Position numbers and translations under genes: made by a program. Of a stretch of 64,000 bases of DNA, positions 12,701 to 26,750 are shown piece after piece; position 1 is the stretch's first letter, and every line of letters begins with the position of its first letter. Source of the stretch: the human T2T-CHM13v2.0 reference genome, Homo sapiens; NCBI RefSeq assembly GCF_009914755.1, contig NC_060933.1, one strand, 5' to 3'. Below the pieces are notes generated by a model, which had not been told where the DNA came from, made no database searches, and was given only the letters and a program-made list of their open reading frames with translations.

Positions 12701-15700
12701 CCATTCTATTCCATTCCATTGCAATCGAGTTGAATCCATTGCATTTCATTCCATTCCATTCCATTCCATTCCATTCCGGAAGTTTCTATTCCATTGCATT
12801 CCATTCCATTCCATTCCCCTGCACTCGCGTTGATTCCATTCCATTCCATTCCATTCCATTCCGTTCCGTTCCATTCCATTGCATTCCATTCCGTTCCGCT
12901 CCATTCCATTCCATTCCATTCTATTCGGGTTAATTCCATTCCATTCCATTCGATTGCAATCGAGTTGATTCCATTCCATTCCATTCCATTCCATTCCATT
13001 CCTTTCCATTCCATTACGGATGATTCCATTCCATTGCATTCCATTCCATTCCATTCCCCTGTACTCGGGTTGATTCCATTCCATTCCATTCCAATCCATG
13101 CCATTCCACTCCTGTTGATTCCATTCTTTCCATTCCATTCAAGTTGATTCCATTCCATTGCATTCGATTCCATTCGATTCCATTGGATTGCACTCGGGTT
13201 GATTCCATTCCATTGCATTCCATTCCATTCCATTCCATTCCATTCCATTCCATTCCGTTCCATTCCATTCCATTACATTCGGATTGATTCTATTCAATTC
13301 CCTTACACTCCATTACATTCCATTCCATTCGGGTAGTTTCCATTCCATTCCATTCCATTCCTCTCCATTCCATTGCACTCGGGTTGATTCCATTCCATTG
13401 CATTCCATTCCATTCCATTCAATTCCATTCCGTTCCATTCCATTCCATTACATTCGGATTGATTCTATTCAACTCCCTTACTCTCCATTACATTCCATTC
13501 CATTCGGGTTGTTCCATTCCATTCCATTCCATTCCACTCCATTCCATTGCACTCGGGTTGATTCCATTCCATTCCATTCCATTCCATTCCATTCCGGAAG
13601 ATTCCATTCCATTGCATTCCGTTCCATTCCATTCCCCTGCACTCGCTTTGATTCCATTCCATTCCATTCTATTCCATTCCATTCCCTTCCTTTCCGTTCC
13701 ATTCCATTCCATTCCATTCCATTCCATTCCGTTCCGTTCCATTCCATTCCATTCCATTCTATTCGGGTTAATTCCATTCCATTCCATTCGATTGCAATCG
13801 AGTTGATTCCATTCCATTCCATTCCATTCCATTCCATTCCATTCCTTTCCATTCCATTACGGATGATTCCATTCCATTGCATTCCATTCCATTCCATTCC
13901 CCTGTACTCGGGTTGATTCCATTCCATTCCATTCCAATCCATGTCATTCCACTCGTGTTGATTCCATTCTTTCCATTCCATTCAAGTTGAATCCATTCCA
14001 TTGCATTCCATTCCATTCGATTCCATTTGATTGCACTCGGGTTGATTCCATTCCATTGCATTCCATTCCATTCCATTCCATTCCATTCCATTCCATTCCA
14101 TTCCATTCCATTCCATTACATTCGGATTGATTCTATTCAATTCCCTTACACTCCATTACATTCCATTCCATTCGGGTAGTTTCCATTCCATTCCATTCCT
14201 CTCCATTTCATTGAACTCGGGTTGATTCCATTCCATTGCATTCCATTCCATTCCTTTCCATTCCGTTCCATTCCATTCCATTACATTCGGATTGATTCTA
14301 TTCAACTCCCTTACTCTCCATTACATTCCATTCCATTCGGGTTGTTCCATTCCATTCCATTCCATTCCACTCCTTTCCATTGCACTCGGGTTGATTCCAT
14401 TCCATTCCATTCCATTCCATTCCATTGCGGAAGATTCCATTCCATTGAATTCCATTCCATTCCATTCCCCTGCACTCGCGTTGATTCCATTCCATGCCAT
14501 TCCATTCCATTCCGTTCCGTTCCGTTCCGTTCCGTTCCGTTCCGTTCCATTCCATTCCATTCCATTCCATTCCGTTCCGTTCCATTCCATTCCATTCCAT
14601 TCTATTTGGGTTAATTCCATTCCATTCCATTCGATTGCAATCGAGTTGATTCCATTCCATTCCATTCCATTCCATTCCATTCCATTCCATTCCATTCCTT
14701 TCCATTCCATTACGGATGATTCCATTCCATTGCATTCCATTCCATTCCATTCCCCTGTACTCGGGTTGATTCCATTCCATTCCATTCCAATCCATGCCAT
14801 TCCACTCGTGTTGATTCCATTCTTTCCATTCCATTCAAGTTGAATCCATTCCATTGCATTCCATTCCTTTCCATTCCCCTGCAGTCGGGTTGATTCCATT
14901 CCATTCCATTCCATTCCATTCCATTCCATTCCATTCCATTCCGTTCCGTTCCATTTAATTCCATTCCATTCTATTCGGGTTAATTCCATTCCATTCCATT
15001 CCATTCCATTCCATTCCATTCCATTGCAATCAGTTGATTCCATTGCATTCCATTCCATTCCATTCCATTCCATTCCATTCCATTCCATTCCGTTCCGTTC
15101 CGTTCCGCTCCGTTCCATTCCATTCCATTCCATTCCATTCCTTTCCATTCCATTCCATTCGGATTCATTCTATTCAATTCCCTTACACTCCATTACAATC
15201 CATTCGATTCGTGTAGTTTCCATTCCATTCCATTCCATTCCTCTCCATTCCATTGCACTCGGGTTGATTCCATTCCATTCCATTCCATTCCATTCCATTA
15301 CATTCCATTCCATTCCGGATGATTCCATTCCATTGAATTCCATTCCATTCCATTCCCCTGCACTTGGGTTGATTCCATTCCATTCCATTCCATTCCTTTC
15401 TTTTCCATTCCATTCCATTCCATTCCATTCTATTCGTGTTAATTCCATTCCATTCTATTCCATTCCATTCCATTGTAATCGAGATGATTCCATTGTTTTG
15501 CATTCCATTCCATTCCATTCCATTCCGGATGTTTCCATTCCATTGCATTCCATTCCATTCCATTCCCCTGCACTCGGGTTGATTCCATTCCATTCCACTC
15601 CATTCCATTCCATTCCATTCCATTCCATTGTATTCGGGTTACTTCCATTCCATTCCATTCCATTCCATTCCATTACAATCGAGTTGATTCCATTCCATTC

Positions 15701-18700
15701 CATTCCATTCCAGTCCTTTCCATTCCATTCCACTCGGGTTGATTCCATTCTATTAGTTTCCATTCCATTCCATTCTCTTCCATTGTATTCGGGTTATTTC
15801 CATTCCATTCCATTCCATTCCATTCCATTCCATTCCATTACAAACGAGTTGATTCCATTCCATTCCATTCCATTCCAGTCCTTTCCATTCTATTCCACTC
15901 GGGTTGATTCCATTCTATTAGTTTCCATTCCATTCCATTCCCTTCCATTCCACTCTGGTTGATTCCATTCCTTTCCATTCCACTCGAATACATTCCCTCC
16001 TATTCCACTCGGAACGATTCCATTCCATTCCATTCCATTCCATTCCATTCCATTCCATTCCATTCCATTCCATTCCATTTCGTTCCATTCCATTCTATTC
16101 CGTATCATTCCATTCCATTCCATTCCATTCCATTCCATTCCATTGTACTCGGGTTGATTCCATTCCATTGCATTCCATTCCATTCCATTACATTCCATTC
16201 CGTTGCATTCCATTCCATTACATTCGGATTGATTCTATTCAACTCCCTTACTCTCCATTACATTCCATTCCATTCGGGTTGTTCCATTCCATTCCATTCC
16301 ATTCCACTCCATTCCATTGCACTCGTGTTGATTCCATTCCATTCCATTCCATTCCATTCCATTCCATTCCGGATGATTCCATTCCATTGCATTCCGTTCC
16401 ATAACATTCCCCTGCACTCGCGTTGATTCCATTCCATTCCATTCCATTCCATTCCATTCAATTCCATTCCAATACATTTCGTTCCATTCCATTCTATTCC
16501 GTACCATTCCATTCCATTCCATACCATTCCATTCCATTCCATTCCATTCCATTCCATTCCGTTCCATTCCGTTCCATTCCATTCCATTCCATTCCATTCT
16601 ATTCGGATTAATTCCATTCCATTCCATTCCATTCCATTCTATTCCATTCCATTGCAATCGAGTTGAATCCATTGCATTTCATTCCATTCCATTCCATTCC
16701 GGAAGTTTCCATTCCATTGCATTCCATTCCATTCCATTCCCCTGCACTCGCGTTGATTCCATTCCATTCCATTCCATTCCATTCCGTTCCGTTCCATTCC
16801 ATTCCATTCCATTCCGTTCCGTTCCATTCCATTCCATTCCATTCTATTCGGGTTAATTCCATTCCATTCCATTCGATTGCAATCGAGTTCATTCCATTCC
16901 ATTCCATTCCATTCCATTCCGTTCCATTCCATTCCATTACATTCGGATTGATTCTATTCAATTCCCTTACACTCCATTACATTCCATTCCATTCGGGTAG
17001 TTTCCATTCCATTCCATTCCATTCCTCTCCATTCCATTGCACTCGGGTTGATTCCATTCCATTGCATTCCATTCCATTCCTTTCAATTCCATTCCGTTCC
17101 ATTCCATTCCACTACATTCGGATTGATTCTATTCAACTCCCTTACTCTCCATTACATTCCATTCCATTCGGGTTGTTCCATTCCATTCCATTCCATTCCA
17201 ATCCATTCCATTGCACTAGGGTTGATTCCATTCCATTCCATTCCATTCCATTCCATTCCATTCCATTCCGGAAGATTCCATTCCATTGCATTCCATTCCA
17301 TTCCATTCCCCTGCACTCGCGTTGATTCCATTCCATTCCATTCTATTCCATTCCATTCCCTTCCTTTCCGTTCCATTCCATGGCATTCCATTCCATTCCA
17401 TTCCGTTCCGTTCCATTCCATTCCATTCCATTCTATTCGGGTTAATTCCATTCCATTCCATTCGATTGCAATCGAGTTGATTCCATTCCATTCCATTCCA
17501 TTCCATTCCATTCCATTCCTTTCCATTCCATTACGGATGATTCCATTCCATTGCATTCCATTCCATTCCATTCCCCTGTACTCGGGTTGATTCCATTCCA
17601 TTCCATTCCAATCCATGCCATTCCACTCGTGTTGATTCCATTCTTTCCATTCCATTCAAGTTGAATCCATTCCATTGCATTCCATTCCATTCGATTCCAT
17701 TCGATTGCACTCGGGTTGATTCCATTCCATTGCATTCCATTCCATTCCATTCCATTCCACTCCATTCCATTCCATTCCGTTATATTCCATTCCATTACAT
17801 TCGGATTGATTCTATTCAATTCCCTTACACTCCATTACATTCCATTCCATTCGGGTAGTTTCCATTCCATTCCATTCCATTCCTCCCCATTCCATTGCAC
17901 TCGGGTTGATTCCATTCCATTGCATTCCATTCCATTCCATCCCATTCCATTCCGTTCCATTCCATGCCATTACACTCGGGTTGATTCCATTCCTTTCCAT
18001 TCCATTCTTGTTGAATCCATTCCATTCCATTCCATTCCATTCGAATCCATTCCATTGCACTCGGGTTGATTCCATTCCATTCCATTCCATTCCATTCCAT
18101 TCCATTTCATTCCATTCCATTCCATTACATTCGGATTGATTCTATTCAATTCCCTTACACTCCATTACATTCCATTCCATTCGGGATGTTTCCATTCCAT
18201 TCCATTCCATTCCATTCCATTCCATTGCATCAGGTTGATTGCATTCCATTCCATTCCATTCCATTCCGGATGATTCCATTCCATTGCATTCCACTCCATT
18301 CCATTCCCCTGCACTCGGGTTGATTCCATTCCATTCCATTCCATTCCATTCCATTTCATTCCGTTCAATTCCATTCCATTCCATTCTATTCCTGTTAATT
18401 CCACTCCATTCCGTTCGATTCCATTCCATTCCATTGCATTCCATTGCAATCGAGTTGATTCCATTCCATTCCATTCCATTCCGTTCCGGATGATTCCATT
18501 CCATTCCATTCCATTCCATTCCATTCCATTCCATTCCCCTGCAGTCGGGTTGATTCCATTCCATTCCATTCCATTCCATTCCATTCCGTTCCATTCCATT
18601 CCATTCCATTCTATTCGGGTTAATTCCATTCCATTCCATTCCATTCCATTACAATCGAGTTGATTCCATTCCTTTCCATTCCATTCCATTCCACTCCATT

Positions 18701-21700
18701 CCAGTCCTTTCCATTCCATTACACTCGGGTTGATTCCATTCTATTCCTTTCCATTCCATTCCATTCCATTGCAATCGAGTTGATTCCATTGCTTTGCATT
18801 CCATTCCATTCTATTCCATTCCGGATGATTCCATTCCATTGCATTCCATTCCATTCCATTCCCCTGCACTCGGGTTGATTCCATTCCATTCCACTCCATT
18901 CCGTTCCATTCCATTCCATTCCATTGTATTCGGGTTAATTCCATTCCATTCCATTCCGTTCCATTCCATTCCATTACAATCGAGTTGATTCCATTCCATT
19001 CCATTCCATTCCATTCCATTCCATTCCAGTCCTTTCCATTCCATTCCACTCGGGTTGATTCCATTCTATTAGATTCCATTCCATTCCATTCCCTTCCATT
19101 CCACTCTGGTTGATTCCATTCCTTTCCATTCCACTCGAATACATTCCATCCTATTCCACTCGGCACGATTCCATTCCATTCCATTCCATTCCATTCCATT
19201 CCATTCCAGTTCGTTCCATTCCATTCTATTCCGTACCATTCCATTCCATTCCATTCCTTTCCATTCCATTCCTTTCCACTCGTGTTGATTCCATTCCTTT
19301 CCATTCCATTCGGTTTGAAAGTATTCCATTCCATTCAATTCCATTCCATTCCATTCCATTCCATTCCATTCTATTCCATTCCATTGCAATCGAGTTGAAT
19401 CCATTGCCTTTCTTTCCATTCCGTTCCATTGCATTCCATTCCGGAAGATTCCATTCGATTGCATTCCATTCCATTCCATTCCCCTGCACTCGCGTTGATT
19501 CCATTCCATTCCATTCCATTCCATTCCGTTCCGCTCCATTCCATTCCATTCCGTTCCATTCCATTCCGTTCCGTTCCATTCCATTCCATTCCATTCCATT
19601 CCATTCCATTCCTTTCCATTCCATTACGGATGACTCCATTCCATTGCATTCCATTCCATTCCATTCCCCTGTACTCGGGTTGATTCCATTCCATTCCATT
19701 CCACTCCATTCGGTTCCGTTGCATTCCATTCTATTGCATTCCATTCTATTCGGGTTAATTCCATTCCATTCTATTCCATTCCATTCCATTCCATTCCATT
19801 GCAATGGAGTTGATTCCATTCCATTCCATTCCATTCCGGATGATTCCATTCCATTGCATTCCATGCCATTCCATTCCCCTGCACTCGTGTTGATTCCATT
19901 CCCTTCCATTCCATTCCATTCCGTTCCATTCCATTCCATTCCATTCTATTCCGGTTAATTCCATTCCATTCCATTCCATTCCATTCCATTCCATTCCATT
20001 CCATTGCAATCGAGTTGATTCCATTCCATTCCTTTCCAATCCATTCCATTGCCTTGCATTCCACTCGGGTTGATTCTATTCCCTTCTTTCCACTCCATTA
20101 CATTCCCTTCCATTCCACTCGGAATGATTGATTCCATTCCATTCCATTCCATTATATTCCATTGCAATCCATTCCAATCCATTCCATTCCATTCCATTCC
20201 ACTCGAGTTGACTTCATTCCATTCCTTTCCATTCCATTCCATTCCTTTCCACTCGAGTTGATTCCATTCCATTCCATTCCATTGCATTCCATTCCATGCC
20301 ATTCCACTCGGGTTGATTCCATTCCTTTGCAATCCATTCCATTCCATTCCATTCCATTCCATTCCATTCCATTCCGGATGATTCCATTCCATTGCACTCC
20401 GTTCCATTACATTCCCCTGCACTCGCGTTGATTCCATTCCATTCCATTCCATTCCACTCAATTCCATTCCATTACAATTCGTTCCATTCCATTCTATTCC
20501 GTACCATTCTATTCCATTCCATACCATTCCATTCCATTCCATTCCATTCCATTCCATTCCATTCCGTTCCGTTCCATTCCGTTCCATTCCGTTCCATTCC
20601 ATTCCATTCTATTCGGGTTAATTCCATTCCATTCCATTCCATTCCATTGTATTCCATTCCATTGCAATCGAGTTGAATCCATTGCATTTCATTCCATTCC
20701 ATTCCATTCCATTCCATTCCGGAAGATTCCATTCCATTGCATTCCATTCCATTCCATTCCCCTGCACTCACGTTGATTCCATTCCATTCCATTCCATTCC
20801 ATTCCATTCCATTCCATTCCGTTCCGTTCCGTTCCATTCCATTCCATTCCATTCCATTCCATTCCGTTCCGTTCCATTCCATTCCATTCCATTCTATTCG
20901 GGTTAATTCCATTCCATTCCATTCGATTGCAATCGAGTTGATTCCATTCCATTGCATTTCATTCCATTCGATTCCATTCGATTGCACTCGGGTTGATTCC
21001 ATTCCATTGCATTCCTTTCCATTCCATTCCATTCCATTCCACTCCATTCTAGTCCTTTCCATTCCATTCCACTCGGGTTGATTCCAATGTATTCCTTTCC
21101 ATTCCATTCCATTCCATTGCAATCGAGTTGATTCCATTGCTTTGCATTCCATTCCATTCCATTCCATTCCGGATGATTCCATTCCATTGCATTCCATTCC
21201 ATTCCATTCCCCTGCACTCGGGTTGATTCCATTCCATTCCACTCCATTCCGTTCCTTTCCATTCCATTCCATTGTATTCGGGTTAATTCCATTCCATTCC
21301 ATTCCATTCCATTCCATTCCATTCCATTCCATTACAATCGAGTTGATTCCATTCCATTCCATTCCATTCCAGTCCTTTCCATTGCATTCCAATCGGGTTG
21401 ATTCCATTCTATTAGTTTCCATTCCATTCCATTCCCTTCCATTCCACTCTGGTTGATTCCATTCCTTTCCATTCCACTCGAATACATTCCCTCCTATTCC
21501 ACTCGGAACGATTCCATTCCATTCCATTCCATTCCATTCCATTCCATTCCATTTCGTTCCATTCCATTCTATTCCGTATCATTCCATTCCATTCCATTCC
21601 ATTCCATTCCATTCCATTCCACTCGTGTTGATTCCATTCCTTTCCATTCCATTCGGTTTGAAGGCATTCCATTCCATTCCATTCCATTCCATTCCATTCC

Positions 21701-22660
21701 ATTCCATTCCATTACATTACATTGTACTCGTGTTGATTTCATTCCATTGCATTCCATTCCATTCCATTCCGTTGCATTCCATTCCATTACATTCGGATTG
21801 ATTCTATTCAACTCCCTTACATTCCATTACATTCCATTCCATTCGGGTTGTTCCATTCCATTCCATTCCATTCCACTCCATTCCATTGCACTCGGGTTGA
21901 TTCCATTCCATTCCATTCCATTCCATTCCATTCCATTCCATTCCATTCCGGATGATTCCATTCCATTGCATTCCGTTCCATTACATTCCCCTGCACTCGC
22001 GTTGATTCCATTCCATTCCATTCAATTCCATTCCATTACAATTCGTTACATTCCATTCTATTCCGTACCATTCCATTCCATTCCATACCATTGCATTCCA
22101 TTCCATTCCATTCCATTCCGTTCCATTCCGTTCCATTACATTCCATTCCATTCTATTCGGGTTCATTCCATTCCGTTCCATTCCATTCCATTCTATTCCA
22201 TTCCATTGCAATCGGGTTGAATCCATTGCATTTCATTCCATTCCATTCCATTCCATTCCATTCCGGAAGATTCCATTCCATTGCATTCCATTCCATTCCA
22301 TTCCCCTGCACTCGCGTTGATTCCATTCCATTCCATTCCATTCCATTCCGTTCCGTTCCATTCCATTCCATTCCATTCCATTCCATTCCATTCCGTTCCT
22401 TTCCATTCCATTCCATTCCATTCTATTCGGGTTAATTCCATTCCATTCCATTCGATTGCAATCGAGTTGATTCCATTCCATTGCATTTCATTCCATTCGA
22501 TTCCATTCGATTGCACTCGGGTTGATTCCATTCCTTTGCATTCGTTTCCATTCCATTCCATTCCATTCCATTCCATTCCATTCCATTCCGTTCCATTCCT
22601 TTCCATTACATTCGGATTGATTCTATTCAATTCCCTTACACTCCATTAGATTCCATTCCA

Positions 22661-22830
22661 TTCGGGTAGTTTCCACTCCATTCCATTCCATTTCTCTCCA
22701 TTCCATTGCACTCGGGTTGATTCCATTCCATTGCATTCCATTCCATTCGGGTAGTTTCCACTCCATTCCATTCCATTCCTCTCCATTCCATTGCACTCGG
22801 GTTGATTCCATTCCATTGCATTCCATTCCA
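22661..22830 (+). repeat. 85-bp tandem duplication (also present at 61356-61525)
   Basis: TTCGGGTAGTTTCCACTCC at 22661 and 22746. The same pair occurs at 61356 and 61441. Confidence 0.85.
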
Positions 22831-23127
22831 TTCCATTCAATTCCATTCCGTTCCATTCCATTCCATTACATTCGGATTGATTCTATTCAACTCCCTTACT
22901 CTCCATTACATTCCATTCCATTCGGGTTGTTCCATTCCATTCCATTCCATTCCACTCCATTCCATTGCACTCGGGTTTATTCCATTCCATTCCATTCCAT
23001 TCCATTCCGGAAGATTCCATTCCATTGCATTCCATTCCATTCCTTTCCCCTGCACTCGCGTTGATTCCATTCTATTCCTTTCCATTCCATTCCATTCCAT
23101 TCCTTTCCGTTCCATTCCATTCCATTC

Positions 23128-23162
23128 CGTTCCGTTCCGTTCCGTTCCGTTCCGTTCCGTTC
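23128..23162 (+). repeat. (CGTTC)7 variant-pentamer run (CpG every 5 bp)
   Basis: Seven consecutive CGTTC units. Runs of the same length occur at 14513-14547 and 47519-47553. Confidence 0.9.
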
Positions 23163-25540
23163 CATTCCATTCCATTCCATTCCATTATATTCGGGTTAAT
23201 TCCATTCCATTCCATTCGATTGCAATCGAGTTGATTCCATTCCATTCCATTCCATTCCATTCCATTCCATTCCTTTCCATTCCATTACGGATGATTCCAT
23301 TCCATTGCATTCCATTCCATTCCATTGCCCTGTACTCGGGTTGATTCCATTCCATTCCATTCCAATTCCTGCCATTCCACTCGTGTTGATTCCATTCTTT
23401 CCATTCCATTCAAGTTGAATCCATTCCATTGCATTCCATTCCACTCCATTCCCCTGCAGTCGGGTTGTTTCCATTCCATTCCATTCCAATCCATTCCATT
23501 CCATTCCATTCCGTTCCATTCCATTCCATTCCATTCTATTCGGGTTAATTCCATTCCATTCCATTCCATTCCATTCTATTCCAATCGAGTTGATTCCATT
23601 CCATTCCATTCCATTGCATTCCACTCCATTCCAGTCCTTTCCATTCCATTCCACTCGGGTTGATCCCAATGTATTCCTTTCCATTCCATTCCATTCCATT
23701 GCAATCGAGTTGATTCCATTGCTTTTCATTCCATTCCATTCCATTCCATTCCGGATGATTCCATTCCATTGCATTCCATTCCATTCCATTCCCCTGCACT
23801 CGGGTTGATTCCATTCCATTCCACTCCATTCCGTTCCATTCCATTCCATTGCATTGTATTCAGGTTAATTCCATTCCATTCCATTCCATTCCATTCCATT
23901 CCATTCCATTCCATTCCATTCCATTCCATTACAATCGAGTTGATTCCATTCCATTCCATTCCATTCCAGTCCTTTCCATTCCATTCCTCTCGGGTTGATT
24001 CCATTCTATTAGTTTCCATTCCATTCCATTCCCTTCCATTCCACTCTGGCTGATTCCATTCCTTTCCATTCCACTCGAATACATTCCCTCCTATTCCACT
24101 CGGAACGATTCCATTCCATTCCATTCCATTCCATTCCATTCCATTCCATTCCATTCATTTCGTTCCATTCCATTCTATTCCGTATCATTTCATTCCATTC
24201 CATTCCATTCCGTTCCATTCCATTCCATTGTACTCGGGTTGATTCAATTCCATTGCATTCCATTCCATTCCATTCCATTCCGTTCCATTCCATTCCGTTG
24301 CTTTCCATTCCATTACATTCGGATTGATTCTATTCAACTCCCTTACTCTCCATTACATTCCATTCCATTCGGGTTGTTCCATTCCATTCCATTCCATTCC
24401 ACACCATTCCATTGCACTCGGGTTGATTCCATTCCATTCCATTCCATTCCATTCCGTTCTGGATGATTCCATTCCATTGCCTTCCGTTCCATTACATTCC
24501 CCTGCACTCGCGTTGATTCCATTCCATTCCATTCCATTCCATTCCATTCCATTCAATTCCATTCCATTACAATTCGTTCCATTCCATTCTATTCCGTACC
24601 ATTCCATTCCATTCCATACCATTCCATTCCATTCCATTCCATTCCATTCCGTTCCATTCCGTTCCATTCCATTCCATTCCATTCTATTCGAATTAATTCC
24701 ATTCCATTCCATTCCATTCCATTCTATTCCATTCCATTGCAATCGAGTTGAATCCATTGCATTTCATTCCATTCCATTCCATTCCATTCCATTCCGGAAG
24801 ATTCCATTCCATTGCATTCCATTCCATTCCATTCCCCTGCACTCGCGTTGATTCCATTCCATTCCATTCTATTCCATTCCATTCCGGATGATTCCATTCC
24901 ATTGAATTCCATTCTATTCCATTCCCCTGCACTTGGGTTGATTCCATTCCATTCCATTCCATTCCTTTCTGTTCCATTCAATTCCATTCCATTCCATTCT
25001 ATTCGTGTTAATTCCATTCCATTCTATTCCATTCCATTCCATTGAAATCGAGTTGATTCCATTCCATTCCATTCCATTCCATTCCATTCAATTCCATTCC
25101 GGATGATTCCTTTCCATTGCATTCCATTACATTCCATTCCATTCCGTTCCATTTCATTCTATTCGTGTTAATTCCATTCCATTCCATTCCACTCCATTCC
25201 AGTCCTTTCCATTCCATTCCACTCGTGTTGATTCCATTCTATTCCTTTCAATTCCATTCCATTCCATTGCAATCGAGTTGATTCCATTCGAGTTGAATCC
25301 ATTCCATTCCATTCCATTCCATTCCATTGCACACGGGTTCATTCCATTCCATTCCATTCCATTCCATTCCATTCCATTCCATTCCATTCCATTCCATTCC
25401 ATTTCATTCTATTCCATTCTATTCCATACCATTCCATTACATTCCATTCCATTCCGTTCCATTCCATGCCATTACACTCGGGTTGATTCCATTGCTTTCC
25501 ATTCCATTCTTGTTGAATCCATTCCATTCCATTCCTTTCC

Positions 25541-26750
25541 ATTCGAATCCATTCCATTGCACTCGGGTTGATTCCATTCCATTCCATTCCATTCCATTTC
25601 ATTCCATTCCATTCCATTACATTCGGATTGATTCTATTCAATTCCCTTACACTCCATTACATTCCATTCCATTCGGGATGTTTCCATTCCATTCCATTCC
25701 ATTCCACTCCATTCCATTGCATCAGGTTGATTGCATTCCATTCCATTCCATTCCATTCCGGATGATTCCATTCCATTGCATTCCATTCCATTCCATTCCC
25801 CTGCACTCGGGATGATTCCATTCCATTCCATTCCATTCCATTCCATTCCATTCCATTCCATTCCGTTCCATTCCATTCCATTCCATTCTATTCCGGTTAA
25901 TTCCATTCCATTCCATTCGATTAAATTCCATTCCATTCCATTCCATTGCAATCGAGTTGATTCCATTCCTTTCCAGTCCATTCCGTTCCGGATGATTCCA
26001 TTCCATTCCATTCCATTCCATTCCCCTGCAGTCGGGTTGATTCCATTCCATTCCATTCCATTCCATTCCATTCCATTCCATTCCATTCCATTCCATTCCG
26101 TTCAATTCCATTCCATTCCATTCTATTCGGGTTAATTCCATTCCATTCCATTCCATTCCATTCCATTCCATTCCAATCGAGTTGATTCCATTCCATTCCA
26201 TTCCATTCCATTCGAATCCATTCCATTGCACTCGGGTTGATTCCATTCCATTCCATTCCATTCCATTTCATTCCATTCCATTCCATTACATTCGGATTGA
26301 TTCTATTCAATTCCCTTACACTCCATTACATTCCATTCCATTCGGGATGTTTCCATTCCATTCCATTCCATTCCACTCCATTCCATTGCATCAGGTTGAT
26401 TGCATTCCATTCCATTCCATTCCATTCCGGATGATTCCATTCCATTGCATTCCATTCCATTCCATTCCCCTGCACTCGGGTTGATTCCATTCCATTCCAT
26501 TCCATTCCATTCCGTTCCATTCCATTCCATTCCGTTCTATTCCGGTTAATTCCATTCCATTCCATTCGATTAAATTCCATTCCATTCCATTCCATTGCAA
26601 TCGAGTTGATTCCATTCCATTCCAGTCCATTCCATTCCGGATGATTCCATTCCATTCCATTCCATTCCATTCCATTCCATTCCCCTGCAGTCGGATTGAT
26701 TCCATTCCATTCCATTCCATTCCATTCCATTCCATTCCATTCCATTCCAT
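25541..26750 (+). repeat. 669-bp local tandem duplication (second copy partial)
   Basis: ATTCGAATCC at 25541 and 26210, GGATGTTTCC at 25676 and 26345, identical ORF translations at 25568 and 26237. Confidence 0.85.

Larger units (their letters stand above)
21030..25950 (+). repeat. Dispersed paralogous block, collinear with ~59770-64000
   Basis: Shared rare variants: ACTCCCTTACATTCC 21811/60531, ATTCGTTACA 22041/60751, the 85-bp duplication 22661/61356, GTTGATCCCAATG 23659/61741, CACACCATTCC ~24400/62447, CGAATTAATT 24689/62731, GCACACGGGTTC 25329/63426. Confidence 0.85.

Noticed and set aside
16701-16710. NF-kB-like GGAAGTTTCC / GGGATGTTTCC and DUX4-like TGATTGATT motifs
   Set aside because: They do not match the GGGRNNYYCC or TAAYYYAATCA consensus in sequence or spacing, and weak matches are expected in this composition.
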